Source: Octopus sinensis | Taxonomy: Eukaryota | Direction of reading: 5' to 3' | Assembly (NCBI RefSeq): GCF_006345805.1 | Contig: NC_043005.1 | Span: 32,798,001-32,862,000 of the forward strand | Length of the DNA: 64,000 nucleotides | Shown: positions 11,284 to 23,779 of the stretch, piece after piece | Layout: each line of letters begins with the position of its first letter | How positions within the stretch are numbered: position 1 is the first letter of the stretch | Position numbers and translations under genes: made by a program | The notes under the pieces: model-generated | Databases searched by the model: none | The model's input: only the letters and a program-made list of their open reading frames with translations | What the model was told of the DNA's origin: nothing

Positions 11284-11707
11284 AAATGTAGAATTTCTTT
11301 TTATCTAAGGTATAAATGTCTTCAGATACATTGAAGGTTGATAGCAGCAGGTTGATGTTTGTATGTATGGATGTGCATCTTTATAGGTGTGGATCCGTGT
11401 CTCCATATGTGTCTGTTTGTGCTTTTGTTCTCACTGGATCCAAATTACATATTCCATACATTTCCTTACATGGCATTAAGGTTTTTCACTATGACCAACA
11501 TTACTGAAAGGTTGTCTTCTTGGAATTTATCGCAGAGATACCTTATTTCATCGGAGTGGGTCCACTCTAAAGACTATCTGTTTATATTATGTCACTAAAC
11601 TTCAATGAAGAATTGAGTCCCTTGACGATCTTACTTCAATTAATACAGCTTATTAATTAGGAAATTCTACAAACGCTTTTATTTTTAGTTACTATTCATT
11701 TTAACTA

Positions 11708-12003
11708 CAGTAATCCCTCGCCATATCGCGGTTCACCTATCGCGGTTCACCTATCGCGGTATATTATTTAAGCTTACGTCGATTCCTCCGTGATATTGTC
11801 TTGCATTTATAATGAAATAAATTATAAATACAATAAAATGAATACAATACGATAAAATAAATACAATAAATAGATACAATAAAACAAATACAAATTATAA
11901 AATAATAATATAAAAAATATACAGGAAAGTACTGTTTCTACTTCGCGGATTTTCACCAACGGGCAGTTTTGGAACAACACCCGCGATAGTCGAAGGATTA
12001 CGG
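11708..12003. mobile_element. Tigger/pogo-type (Tc1/mariner) MITE
   Basis: ta|cagtaatccctcgccatatcgc ... gcgatagtcgaaggattacgg|ta, giving imperfect TIRs and a TA target-site duplication. Confidence 0.85.
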
Positions 12004-12429
12004 TATATTATCTCTCAAATGACTTTGAAGACTAGATTCAGTGACTTACACATAGCTTTCGTATTAAGTTCTGATATTATGTCAAATATTCTTTCGTGTT
12101 ATTTCATTTTTTTTTATCTAATGACAACTACTTGGAGCTAGCCATTACAAGTTGATAACTAACTTCTGATAAATACGTGTAACGAAAATGTGTGAATATC
12201 TTCTCTGGACCTTTTGGGGGTGCGAGAAGCAATCACTTTCCGTTGCTTTAATAATCCAGATTCTACCCGTCAGAAACAAACAAGACGCAAACGTAAATAA
12301 TATATATCTACTTTATTCTTTTATGTGGTAACAGATAATTGGTGTATCTGGCATCCCTTTGGTATAGATGTGTCTCCGCTGAACCTTATCGCTGTAAAAT
12401 AAGAAAGTGTTCAAATGCAAAACGACACT

Positions 12430-12800
12430 TGTCAAAGATGGCGTCCGGAGAAAGGAAGATGATGTAGTCTGCAACAATTTGGTTAAAAGCTTTCGGTAAA
12501 GGCTGCTGCTAGAATCAAATTCGGACAGAGAGAATATACGTGTTGTACCTTCGATAGCCATGTCTCAAGTCGCTGCTGACTGCTGCTAGTGGTCAAACGT
12601 TCTACGATCCCCTTGCCTCGGCTAACTGCCACGTAGGCAAAAGGGTTCTACTTCCGGTGCTTCGCGCATGCGCGAGAGGGCCCTTTCCTCTCTGCCTTGG
12701 TGAAGGCACCAACACCGCACGCGCGAAACAGAATATGGACGGTGTGCGTGCGCGCACCGTTATATAGGATCACTACATACGTAATACTTTATTTCAGTTT
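12430..12800. promoter_or_regulatory. CpG-rich putative housekeeping promoter (YY1, ETS, NRF1, E2F-like motifs)
   Basis: aagatggcg 12435-12443; acttccggt 12650-12658; palindrome tcgcgcatgcgcga 12662-12675; gcgcgaaa 12721-12728. The stretch is GC/CpG-rich in an AT-rich context and is not repeated in the window. Confidence 0.55.
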
Positions 12801-12809
12801 CTAATTATC

Positions 12810-13000
12810 AAATTTCGACACCCGTGTTTATGCTGTTGCAAAGGCCAACCTTTGTACTCTGTGGCTTGCGTGTAATACTGGACCATCATTCATTTCTTGA
12901 CTTCACCCAGTTTAATTTCATAGTCTTGATTTTCTTTCAAAACGTCCTTGTTTTGTTCCGAAAAGAAGCCTTTTGTGAAATACACTACATTTTCTCTTCT
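12810..13000 (-). mobile_element. Possible very old Tc1-like transposase remnant
   Basis: Minus strand reads GPVLHASHRVQRLAFA, resembling the Tc1 'P.L...H...RL.FA' motif. No further motifs are seen. Confidence 0.3.
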
Positions 13001-14179
13001 GTCTCTGTAGACTGTTTACCGATTCTGATTTACCTTTCAGACTTCCTCTATTGATCCTGGTATATTCCACTTGTATTCCTGGATTTTTACCTAACTGTTT
13101 ATAGTACTACTTTAGATGCACTTTTATACTATTTTTATCGTGTTATTTTTTTATCTGGCTACCTAGGAACCACAATATGCAAAACAACTGTAAAACAAAA
13201 AACAAAAATTAAGGAAGTGAACGGTTAAAATGAGACAACAGTGTGTGTTTATGTGTGTGTTAGAGAGAGAGAAGGGGAGAAAGAGAGAGAGAGAGAGAGA
13301 GAGAAGAGAAGAGGGGCTGACATAGTTAAATAGACTAGTAGATAAATAAATAGATAAATAGATAAATAAATAAATTGACTGATAGGTTAGATAGACGGGT
13401 GAATGACTGGATAGCTAAATAAATGTATAAACAGGTAAGTAGGTAGACAGATGGATAGATAGATAGGTAAGTATTTTGGAATGGAAATAACGTACATATA
13501 TGTGAAGACAGGTAGAGAGAGAGAGGTGATAAGAGAGAGAGAGGGAGAGAGAAAAAGAGAAAGAATGACATAACTAAAGCAAACGAGCAATGCTATTAAT
13601 ATTCTACAATAAGACCAAATGGGAGCATTTTCTCTGTATTGTAAGAATGTGTGCGTGTGAGTGCTCGTGCGTGTCTTCACCTCAGCTCATCCCCTATATA
13701 AATATAAATGATGGAGGTATGAATAGAATTACAAGGAACAAGAAAAAAAAATGCATCATAAAAATAAAAATCTATTCTAATTTGAAAATACATAAGAGTT
13801 TCCTTGCCCTAAATTTAGAAGGACATGTTCTAGTATAATCAAGGAGCCCATGAAAAGAGATAAAACGGGATACAGATTTAGGGAAATATTAGTTGAGAAA
13901 AGTACTTTAGGCTTTTGTTTTGTTAGCGTTAATAGATATCATTTTCCCAGAAGAGTTTAAAAAATTCAATGTTAAATCAGTATCAGAGAAAAAAAAAAAA
14001 ACGAAAAAATGGTGGTGATTTGAATGTTATCTGGATGTCGTCTGCTCGGATGTAAGATTTCCCTCTGAAAACGTTTCCTTTTTACTCTGCTCCACAGAGA
14101 CGAGACTCTCAGTCCCATCCCAGGATTTGAAAAATCTGCTATTCACACACACACACACACACATACACACACACACACA

Positions 14180-14226
<47 letters not shown>

Positions 14227-14608
14227 ACGCACGCACACATTCTCTCATCGAGAGCTCGTCCCTCCAGCTTTCAATCTTAAAGTACCATTGCGCTATATCA
14301 GTACTTTTTCTTTCTTTCTATTTTCCTTTCTTTTTTAGTCTTTTCTTTCTTTTATTCTTTGTTACTTTCTTTTCTTTCATTTACTCTTTCTCACCACACA
14401 CTCTTATCTCCACCCTCCCTCTTTCTCTCTCTCTCTCTCATATTTTCAGACTCGCTTCATTTCCTATACTTCATTCAAATGGCTTTATTCCACCCGACTT
14501 CAACTTCTCTAATCCATCCTCTTTAATTTCTTCGTTTTCGTGTTTTCTGTTTTTCACTCTTTTATTCTTTCTCTTTATCGTACCTCTTATTCATTCATTC
14601 ACTTAGTC

Positions 14609-14609
<1 letters not shown>

Positions 14610-14639
<30 letters not shown>

Positions 14640-15350
14640 TCCCCTTCATTCAACTTTTCTTCATATTTTCCTTACCCATTTAGCTTCTCTTTCATTGGCT
14701 TCTTCTTCTTCTTCTTCTTCTTCTTCTTCTTCTTCTTCTTCTTCTTTCTTCTTCTTCTTCTTCTTCTTTTCTTTCTTTCTTTCTTTCTTTCTTCTTCTTC
14801 GTCTTCTTCTTCTTCTTTTCTTTCTTTTTTCTTCTTCTTCTTCTTCTTCTTCTTCTTCTTCTTTCTTTCTTTCTTTCTTTCTTTCTTTCCCCTTCATTCA
14901 ACTTTTTCTTCNNNNNNNNNNNNNNNNNNNNNNNNNNNNNNNNNNNNNNNNNNNNNNNNNNNNNNNNNNNNNNNNNNNNNNNNNNNNNNNNNNNNNNNNN
15001 NNNNNNNNNNNTTCTTCTTCTTCTTTCTTCTTTTCTTCTTCTTTCTTCTTCTTCTTCTTCTTCTTTCTCTTCTTCTTCTCTTCTTCATCTTCTCTTCTTC
15101 TTCTTCTTCTTTCTTCTTCTTTCTTCTTCTTCTTCTTCTTTCTTCTTCTTCTTCTTCTTCTTCTTCTTCTTTCTTTCTTTCTTTCTTTCCCCTTCATTCA
15201 ACTTTTCTTCATATTTTCCTTACCCATTTAGCTTCTCTTTCATTGGCTTCTTCTTCTTCTTCTTCTTCTTCTTCTTCTTCTTCTTCTTCTTCTTCTTCTT
15301 CTTCTTCTCTTCTTTCTTCTTCTTTCTTTCTTTCTTTCTTTCTTTTCATC
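14610..15350. repeat. Polypyrimidine (TTC)n/(TTTC)n tandem array with a repeated ~60-bp spacer, spanning the assembly gap
   Basis: Spacer ctttccccttcattcaacttttcttc occurs at ~14635, ~14885 (cut by the gap) and ~15185. Confidence 0.9.
14912..15011. other. Assembly gap (100 N)
   Basis: Run of exactly 100 N, typical of a placeholder gap of unknown size. Confidence 1.
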
Positions 15351-16467
15351 TTAACATCTTCACGTCTCCACCCCCTCCACTATACACCAACAAACAACTT
15401 TATTACAGCTAAAGCAGTGAACTCCACATCTGGTTAGGCCATAACTTTCAACATTAACCAGATGAGGCACCGAGAGTGTGCCTCCATGCGATCACTCGAC
15501 CTACTAGAAATAGTCATCAAATTCCTTTCAAACGATACCACACAGCTTTTAAAATGTCTGGATGGTCATGACTGGAATACTTTTGATCATAGGTTGTCTC
15601 AGTGAGGTCTTATCTGAAGTAAAAACCAACATTATCCAGAAATACCGTCCTCTACTTCATAGAAAACAATTACCCAACTCTGCGAATCAGCTTCTAATCG
15701 TTGTCTTATTCTTCAAGTTTCTATCTGACCCAGTTCTTATACAACAGTAGCTAAACTATTCTTATCACAATCAACACACAAATTAAAGATCCTTAACCTT
15801 CACACGGAACCTAATTTCTTAGGAGTACAAAAAAAAAAAACGCCATTTTATTTGGGAATGTTATTTACAACTTCGCACGTGTGTTGAGAGTTAGATAGAT
15901 GGCAACACGCTCGATTAGCGATACAGCTGACAGGGCTGGGAGAAGAAAACGTTCGCTTCCTAACTACTTGCTTACAGGTTCGATTTCATTGCTGGGTTGA
16001 CATGAAATTTTTTTGTCGAAATGGCGGTTCATTGGCTGATGGAAACTGTTATGAGGCATGTCAAAGGGAGAATTAATTGCTAAATGGAAACTGTGTGGAA
16101 GCCTTCAAAGGAGCAGTTCATTGAGTATTCCAGCGACCTAAATTTTATTGCCATTTTTCGTGATAGGCCCCCTCCTCGAGGCTATCTTAACTTCTTCAAA
16201 CCGCCCGTTTCGAATCTTATGAAAAAGGCTGCGACTGCTACACTCCAACCGCTGAGGAAATGTAAAAGTTGATAGTTCGAATCTGTGTTTCTGCGAAGAT
16301 ATTTTAAAGCCTTCGTTGGTTCTATCAAGCACCAAGTTGTAAATAAATAGCACAGGGATGTACGTAGTGTTTCGTTAATATATACCTGTTGAACAAATTA
16401 AACACACACACGCACACATTCATGCATGATATATATATACACATGTACATATTCACGCATGTACAAA

Positions 16468-16563
16468 AGAATGAAAGGCAAATTAGGTCGCAACAGGAGT
16501 TGAACTCAGAACACAAAGGATCCCGAAGAAATGCACCAACGATTCTGCCAGCTCGCTACCTTT
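16468..16563 (-). mobile_element. SINE family B, partial
   Basis: gaatgaaaggcaaa ... ttgaactcagaac ... aacgattctgccagctcgc. Confidence 0.7.
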
Positions 16564-18192
16564 CTTCGTAAACTGCCAACATAGTTTCTCTAGAACTCCA
16601 TTGATGTCGGCTGTTTAGCGTGAAGTTGTAGAACCTTTTATATTTTTAGTGAGATTTTCCTGTCTTAAAAAGCCTCAAATATGAAACTTATTAAATATAC
16701 CTATTTTGTTTCCTAATAGTCTATGTTTGGTGCCTTTTAAAGAAAAAAGCTGTACTCGAAACTCCTGTTTATAATTTTTTTACACTTGACATGTTATGAT
16801 GTTGTAACTGTTCTTGTGGCCCTTATAGTGTTCCTGTTACTCTTTCTTTTATAGGAAACATTTGCTCTTTCAAAATAATTATCACGAATAATAAACTGGA
16901 TTCCCCAAGCATACACAGTTGGGTGTTCGAATGACTAGGTCTCCTAAATTACAGATTTTGGGTACTTTCAGAACCACGACAAATTTTCGTTTTATCTAGA
17001 ACTTACCAGTTCCTTTTTATTTAATTAATTATATGTTTAAAGGAGTTATTTATCAGTTCACCATACGTTTATCGTCTCTCCCTAACATCAATGTTTATCA
17101 TCACTAGAGGAAGTGCGTCGAAATGATAGCCTAAGTTTTCACTATAGATTACATGGATTTTAATTTTTATTGCAAACAAAATAGAAGAGAAATAATCGAG
17201 CGAATTTTAGTGTTGCATTGTTGCAGTGACATCACTTTTATCGATCTTGAAGAATCTTTGTTTCTTCATGATCAATAAAATATTAGGGTGTAGTTTAATA
17301 AGAAGCTCTGCAAGACCATTGTCCATTGTCAATTTAACAAACTTTCTCTATGACATATTAGAATAATGGAGTTTATGGCAACAAGCAATGAATAAATTAT
17401 GGTTAAAGAGATTATGGGAATCTTCAATTAAAGACTGTTTAAAACAGAGATTGTAGACTCTGAGGGAAAAGAGATGAGAGAAAAAACGAGAGAAAATGAA
17501 AGAAAGAAAGAGAGAAAGAGAGAAAAAGAGAGAGAAAGGGAGAGAGAGATGTGGGTACAGGTATATAGGTAAAGAAGGAGAGGGTAAAGAAATGGTAGCA
17601 TCTTGTCGATATGCTAGTAGTTGCAGCAGAAGTTGGAAGATATCTCTAACCCTCTTCTGATTGTTTTTCCAAAAGTATATTTTGGAATTCCAGCCTCCAA
17701 GAATAAGTGGACTTTATTTCAGGTTTAAGATGTTTCAGGTTTACCGGGAAAGGCTCTAGAGATGCTAATTACCTAATTACCTTAGAATATTGAACATGAA
17801 ACCTTCATATGGCACCTCAACCTCTAAAAATAGCAGCCAAATCTCTCTTAAATCACTCCTTACATTTAAAAAAAAGGAACACAATAGATCACGCGGTCCC
17901 GAAATACTATATCTAAGAAAAACAGACGAGATGGCCACGACTGGAAGACCTTTGATCATGGTATTATTCAGATACGTCCTGGTGTTCAACAACAAAACAA
18001 AACCTTTGTAGATTAGCCACGTTCCATAGAACCCTGATTTAAGATCAGAAATTCTTTTTCTTTCCCAATCCCCTACATTCTGGATCGAAGCAAAGTTTCG
18101 ACTTGTTCAGTATGAATTAGAGTTGACTAGGTTAGCTCTATTGAGCTGTGGGTATTGTCTGTGAGGTTTCAACAAAGATATAACTAATATTG

Positions 18193-18395
18193 ATTTCAAA
18201 TTTTGGCACAAGGCCAGAAATTTCGGTGGAGGGGTGAGTCGATTATATCGGCCTCTGTGCTCAACTGGTACCTATTTTATCGATCGCGAAGAGTTGAAAG
18301 GCAAAGTCGACTTCGGCGGAATTTGAACTCAGAACGTAAAGACGGACGAGATGCCGCCAAGCTTACTTGCCCGGCGTGATAACGATTCTGCCAGC
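18193..18395 (-). mobile_element. SINE family B
   Basis: tttcaaattttggcacaaggcc ... ggcaaagtcgacttcggcggaatttgaactcagaacg ... aacgattctgccagc. Confidence 0.85.
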
Positions 18396-19079
18396 GAATA
18401 TCAGCTGATAAATAATTCAGACATTCTTTCTTGTCTCCAGAAGTAATTTCTGGTGGAGCAAAAAAGAGGTTTTGATCTTGGGATGTACCGAGAAAACCAG
18501 TGACCCTGAAAACCTTAACTTCCAGTACTGGTGCTGTCGTTGTTACTGCTGTTGTTGCTACTGTTATTGCTGCTGCTGTTATTGTATCAAATTAAAATCT
18601 CTTCTTGGAATAGAAATAAATAAGAAAGATAACAGATAAAAACTGGAAAACGGTAATGGAGATTAGGAAGTAAAAATGAAAAAAAAACAAAAAAACAAAA
18701 GAAAAATGGAGTGAGGTTAAGAGTGCATGTAATATGAACAGAATGGGGTGCTGTTAAAAGGCTAAATTGTGGTAATTTTTAGCGAGTGGCCTCTATTTCT
18801 ATGTTATCTTTACTTGAAATCATTTTATCAATTGTAAGCATCTAAAACAATAATGGAGCCTGTACAAGTCACTTGACCAACCCAAAATAGCAACCTATAT
18901 ATTACAACCCACCGTTTTAAACAATTTACTTCTAGATATATCTTAAGTGGCCGAATGATCACGGCTAAACTTCCTTTAATCATAGGTCTCTAGTCTATTG
19001 GGATTGACCAAGGGCTAAACAACAACAACAGGTAGGTCAGTTATATACAATATATTCTGACCGTCACACGATCACACAG

Positions 19080-19117
19080 TAAACTATTACTACTACTACT
19101 ACTACTACTACTACTAT

Positions 19118-19171
<54 letters not shown>

Positions 19172-19263
19172 CACCACCACCACCACCACCGAAACCACCA
19201 CCACCACCACCACCACCACCACACCACCACCACTACAACTACTACTACTACTACTACTACTAC
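19080..19263. repeat. Compound (TAC)n(CAC)n(TAC)n microsatellite
   Basis: Directly visible. Confidence 0.95.
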
Positions 19264-19625
19264 TTTCTACTATAGGTATGAAAACTGAAATTTTGGGGGA
19301 CGGGGTTAAGTCGATTACATTGTTCCCAATACGTAACTGGTACTTAATTTATCAACCCCGAAAGAATGAAAGACGAAGTTGACCTCGGAGGAATAATAAT
19401 AATAATCCTTTCTACTATAGGCTAAGGCCTGACATTTTGAGAGAGGGGACTAGCCGATTAGATCGACCCCAGTGTTTCACCGCTACTTAATCTATTGACC
19501 CCAAAAGATGAAAGGCAAAATTGATCTCAGCGGAATTTGAAATCAGAACGTGGAGTCGGGCGAAATGCCGCTAAGCTTACCGGTGCAAGATCGACACTAC
19601 CCGGCTGGCGCGTCCCCGAATCTCC
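19264..19625 (-). mobile_element. Two tandem SINE family B copies separated by (AAT)n
   Basis: Copies at 19264-19391 and 19407-19625 each begin ctttctactatagg on the plus strand; aataataataataat lies between them. Confidence 0.8.
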
Positions 19626-19669
19626 ACCGTCACTTCGCCCGCCTTTCAGACAAAACGGTAAAACCTTAT

Positions 19670-20018
19670 GGCATATTACCAGCCAATGTACGCCACCAGC
19701 CCAGAAGGAATATAAGAGACGCCACGACAATATAGCCAGGCTTGTCCATTGGACATTTTGAAACAAGTATGGACTTAACAGAGCAAAAAGTTGGTACGAC
19801 CACAAACCTGAAGGCATCGTCGATAATAGAAGTACAAAGATCCCATGGGATTTTATGATTCAGTGCGACCATGAGATAAAGAATAGGAAGCCAGACATAG
19901 TCTTAATTGAGAGAGAAAACAAACTATGCTGGATCATAGATATAGCATGCCCAGCTGACAGCAGGGTATGCGATAAGGAAGAAAGAAAAGTCGAGAGATA
20001 TGAAAGGTTAGCTTGGGA
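19670..20018 (+). mobile_element. R4/Dong-like LINE 3' fragment (zinc-knuckle end + RLE)
   Basis: HITSQC..AQKEYKRRHDNIARLVHW ... RKPDIVLIERENKLCWIIDIACPADSRVCDKEERKVERY. Confidence 0.85.
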
Positions 20019-20071
20019 ACAACAACAACAACAACAACAATAATAACGACGATGACGACGACGACGACGAT

Positions 20072-21964
20072 GAGGAACAGAAAGGATGCAGTAAACAAAG
20101 TAGAACAACAAAAGATCACTCATTAATTGATAAAATGATAATTAGAAATTGTAGATGCAGATTGTGACGTGACTGAATATAGCATGGCTAGATTACAAAA
20201 AAGCATATGATATGGTACCACGCAGTTGGATAATTAAAACAATGAGCATGTTTGGAATAGCAAAAACATGGAGAAAATTCTTAATGAAAGTATGAAACGT
20301 TGGAATACTGAATTGATCGGAGGAAAACAAAAACTTGGAAAAGTGGACATCAAACGTGAAATATTCCAAGGTGATAGCTTATCTCCATTACTTTTCGTTT
20401 TGGCCATGACACCACTCACTATGATACTAAGAATCGCTTACAATTTGGGGAATGGAAATGGTCAGATAAATCATTTTAAGGTTTATGCAAAAAATGAGAA
20501 ACAGTTTGAAAGTCTTGTAATACTATCCGCATTTTTTCAAATGACGTTGGTGTGGAATTTGTAATAGAAAAGGAACTGAAATGCTAAATGGGTAAACAAA
20601 GAGAGCGGGTGAGAAAGGACAGTGGTATAAGTACCTGGAAATACTGGAAGTAGACGAGATAAAAAAAATGGAAATTACCAGTAGGGAGTACACAAGGAGA
20701 GTAAAAATATTATTGCAGTCAAAGCTGAATTCCAAAAATCATATTGAAGTAATAAATTCAAGAGCAATAGCTTTAATCAGATATGAAGTTGGAATTATAG
20801 GCTGGGCTAGAAAAGAAATGAAACTTGACAGAAATACTAGGAAGTTGTTGACGATGTACGGAGCCCATCATCCGAAAGCTGATATCAACCGGCTGTACTT
20901 GAGGAGAAACTAGGGTGGAAGAGGCTGAATAGCAGTAGAAGAAAGTGTACAGATAGAAAGAAAAATCCCAGTAGAGTATTTACAGAGCGGCACAGAACTA
21001 CTAAAGACAGTTTATAAAGAACATGATGAAGCGCATAATAGGAGAAAAGGACAAGAATGAAATAAAAAGAGAGCACATCTGACAGATCGAAGAGAAATTT
21101 CTGCATGGCCAATTTTGGAGGGTCAATGAAGATGTATGCGGAACAAAATCCTGGGCTTGGTTTAAAAAGGGGTATTAAAAAAAGAACCGGGGGTCCTAAT
21201 TGTAGCAGTCGAAGATTAAGCGATAAAAACAAACAACTTGAGAAAAAAATAGATATGGAGAGAATGTGTGAGGAAAATGTAGAGCCTGTGGAACTGGGAA
21301 CTAGACAGTGGCATACATTGTGGAAGAATGCCACAAGTTGGCACAGGAAGCATATAAGAAATGGAGGCACGACCAGGCTGTAAAAGTTTTACACTGGAAA
21401 TTGTACCAGAAATGGGGATTTGAAGCTAGAAACACATGGCACAATCATCAAGTCGAAAGAGTTTTGAAGTCGGAGATATGTAAAATTTCGTGGGACTTTC
21501 CTATTCAAACGGACAAGAAATTATGAACTAATAGACCAGACAAAACGATTATAGATAAGGAAAATCGAAGATGCTTACTTATCGACCCATCTTGCCCGTT
21601 TAATTCTAGGATCGTAAAGAAAGAGGAAGAAAAAGAATAAAAATACAATCCCTTAAAATTTGAAACAGGAATAATTTGGAGCATGCGAACAGTAAAAGTC
21701 GTGCCTATAATAATTGGTGCGTTGAGAACAGTGAGCAAAGATTTAGACAAATGGCTATATCTAAGGAGATCGAAATGGCTATATATAAGGAGATGCCCGG
21801 TAGAGATCTTATAGAAACTTTGTCTCTTAGGGACAGCAAGGATTATCAGGAGGGTTCTAAGCACTTGAAAGACTGCTGAAAACTTGTGGATACCTAAGGT
21901 TACAGGTAGTAACCCGCTATCCACATAATTCCTATGAGGAATAAGATCGAACATAAGCCAAACC
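20072..21964 (+). mobile_element. R4/Dong-like LINE (RT, CCHC, RLE), degenerate, 3' end at (TAA)n
   Basis: EQKG, MA.LDYKKAYDMVP.SWI, IFQGDSLSPLLFV, HPKADINRLY, HIVEECHKLAQ..YKKWRHD, WDFPIQTD, RPDKTIIDK, IDPSCP. (AAT)n runs from 21965 to ~22046. Confidence 0.9.
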
Positions 21965-22029
<65 letters not shown>

Positions 22030-22046
22030 TGATGATGATAATATAA

Positions 22047-22218
22047 TCCTTTCTACTAAAGGGACAAGGCCTGAAATTTTGCTGGGAGAGGACAAGGGGA
22101 TTACATCGATTCCAATGTTTCACTGGTACTTAATTTATCGACCCCGAAAGGATGAAAGGTAAAATTGACCTCGGTGGAATTTAAACTCAGAACGTAGCGA
22201 TGGGCGAAATACTGCCAA
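22047..22218 (-). mobile_element. SINE family B; its tail abuts the R4 3' end
   Basis: cctttctactaaaggg ... gaccccgaaaggatgaaagg ... ctcagaacgtagcg. Confidence 0.85.
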
Positions 22219-22529
22219 ATAATAATAGTAATAATAATAATGATAATAACAAAAACGACAATAATTCGAATGTCTGCGCAATCATATATACATTTTGATT
22301 CCCATAGGACTACACATACATCTCAATGTTTACACAACTATGTGAAATTTACAGGACCCACATTCATGCATATGAAAACACGTATCACAAATGAAGCAAA
22401 AACAGAATCAAAACTTTTTCTTTTATTATTTTCATTTTTCGAAATAACACAGAGTGAACCATTCATAAGTTTAAAAGCACCACAAAAAACTATGCTCGGA
22501 GATAAATCTATCAACAAAAAAATACAGAC

Positions 22530-23062
22530 GAATACAGATCTGTTAGCCTCTGGTACTTCACCATTCAAATTGACAGAAATATAGATGCGAATAGGCTAGA
22601 CATCATATTGAAAGACTTCAGACAAAAATCATGCCTCTTCATTGGTATGACTGTCCCAATCGGCATAAATGTATCTGTCAAGACCTACCAAAAACTGAGC
22701 ATCTATAAAGATCTTGAAATAGAAATTGGCAAAATGTGGAACCTGAAGACTAAAACAATACCTATTGTCATAGGTGCCCTTGGGAATGATAGCTAGCTCA
22801 GATATCAGGAAACCCCAAAATGGCAGAAATTCAAAAGATAGTGCTCATGGGAACTGCCCATATCCTACGTAAAATACTTTCTATGTAATCTCAAATTTTA
22901 AAACAAACTCATAGTTTTCTTGTTTTCTTAAGTATTTTCTAGAATACTATGTGCAAAACCAACTATATGGCACCCTAGGCATAACACGAACATGAACTTG
23001 AGGTCTCTGGGTGAAACTTGGAGCCAATTTGTACAAATACAAAGCATAAATCAAACATATAA
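22530..23062 (+). mobile_element. R4/Dong-like LINE 3' fragment with 3' UTR
   Basis: ANRLDIILKDF..K.C..IGMTVP...YKDLEIEIGKMWNLKTKTIPIVIGALG ... EIQKIVLMGTAHILRKILSM*, followed by aatgataataat. Confidence 0.85.
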
Positions 23063-23084
23063 TGATAATAATATTAACAATAAT

Positions 23085-23529
23085 AGTTTCAAATTTTGCC
23101 ATAAGGTCAGCAAGTTTGGGGGAGGGTGATTGCTAATTATATCGACCCCAGTGTTTCTCTGGTGCTCAATTTAGCGACCCCGAAAGGACAAAAAAAAAGA
23201 GTGAATCTCAGCGGAATTTGAACTCAGACCGTAAAGACGGACGAAATACCTATTTCTTTACTACCCACAAGGGGCTAAACACAGGGGGGACAAACGAGGA
23301 CAGACAAACGGATTAAGTCGATTATATCGATCCCAGTGCGTAACTAGTATTTAGTTTATCGACCCCGAAAGGATGAAAGGTAAAGTCGACCTCGGCGGAA
23401 TTTGAACTCAGAACGTAACGGCAGACGAAATACCGCTAAGCATTTCACCCAGCGTGCCAATGATTCTGCCAGCTCGCCACTTTAAATAATAATGTTAATG
23501 ATAATTATATAATAATAATAACAATAATG

Positions 23530-23585
<56 letters not shown>

Positions 23586-23779
23586 GATTTCAAATTTTGC
23601 CATAAGGTCAGAATTTTGGGGGAAGGGGATAGCTGATTACATTGCCCTATGGTTTGACTGGTACTTAATTTAACGATCCCGGAAGGATGAAAGGCAAAGT
23701 TGACCTCGGCGGAATTTGAACTCAGAACGTAGCGACGGGCGAAAAGCCGCTAAGCATTTCGTACGACGCGCCGACGATT
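23085..23779 (-). mobile_element. Cluster of three SINE family B copies with (AAT)n between them
   Basis: Copies at ~23085-23250, 23251-23482 and 23586-23779; (AAT)n at 23485-23585. Confidence 0.85.

Noticed and set aside
12313-12561. 82-aa minus-strand ORF MAIEGTTRIFS...
   Set aside because: No recognisable domain. Only its ATG context is of interest, as part of the promoter hypothesis.
17200-17460. Possible GIY-YIG remnant
   Set aside because: Too degraded; no motif can be read unambiguously.
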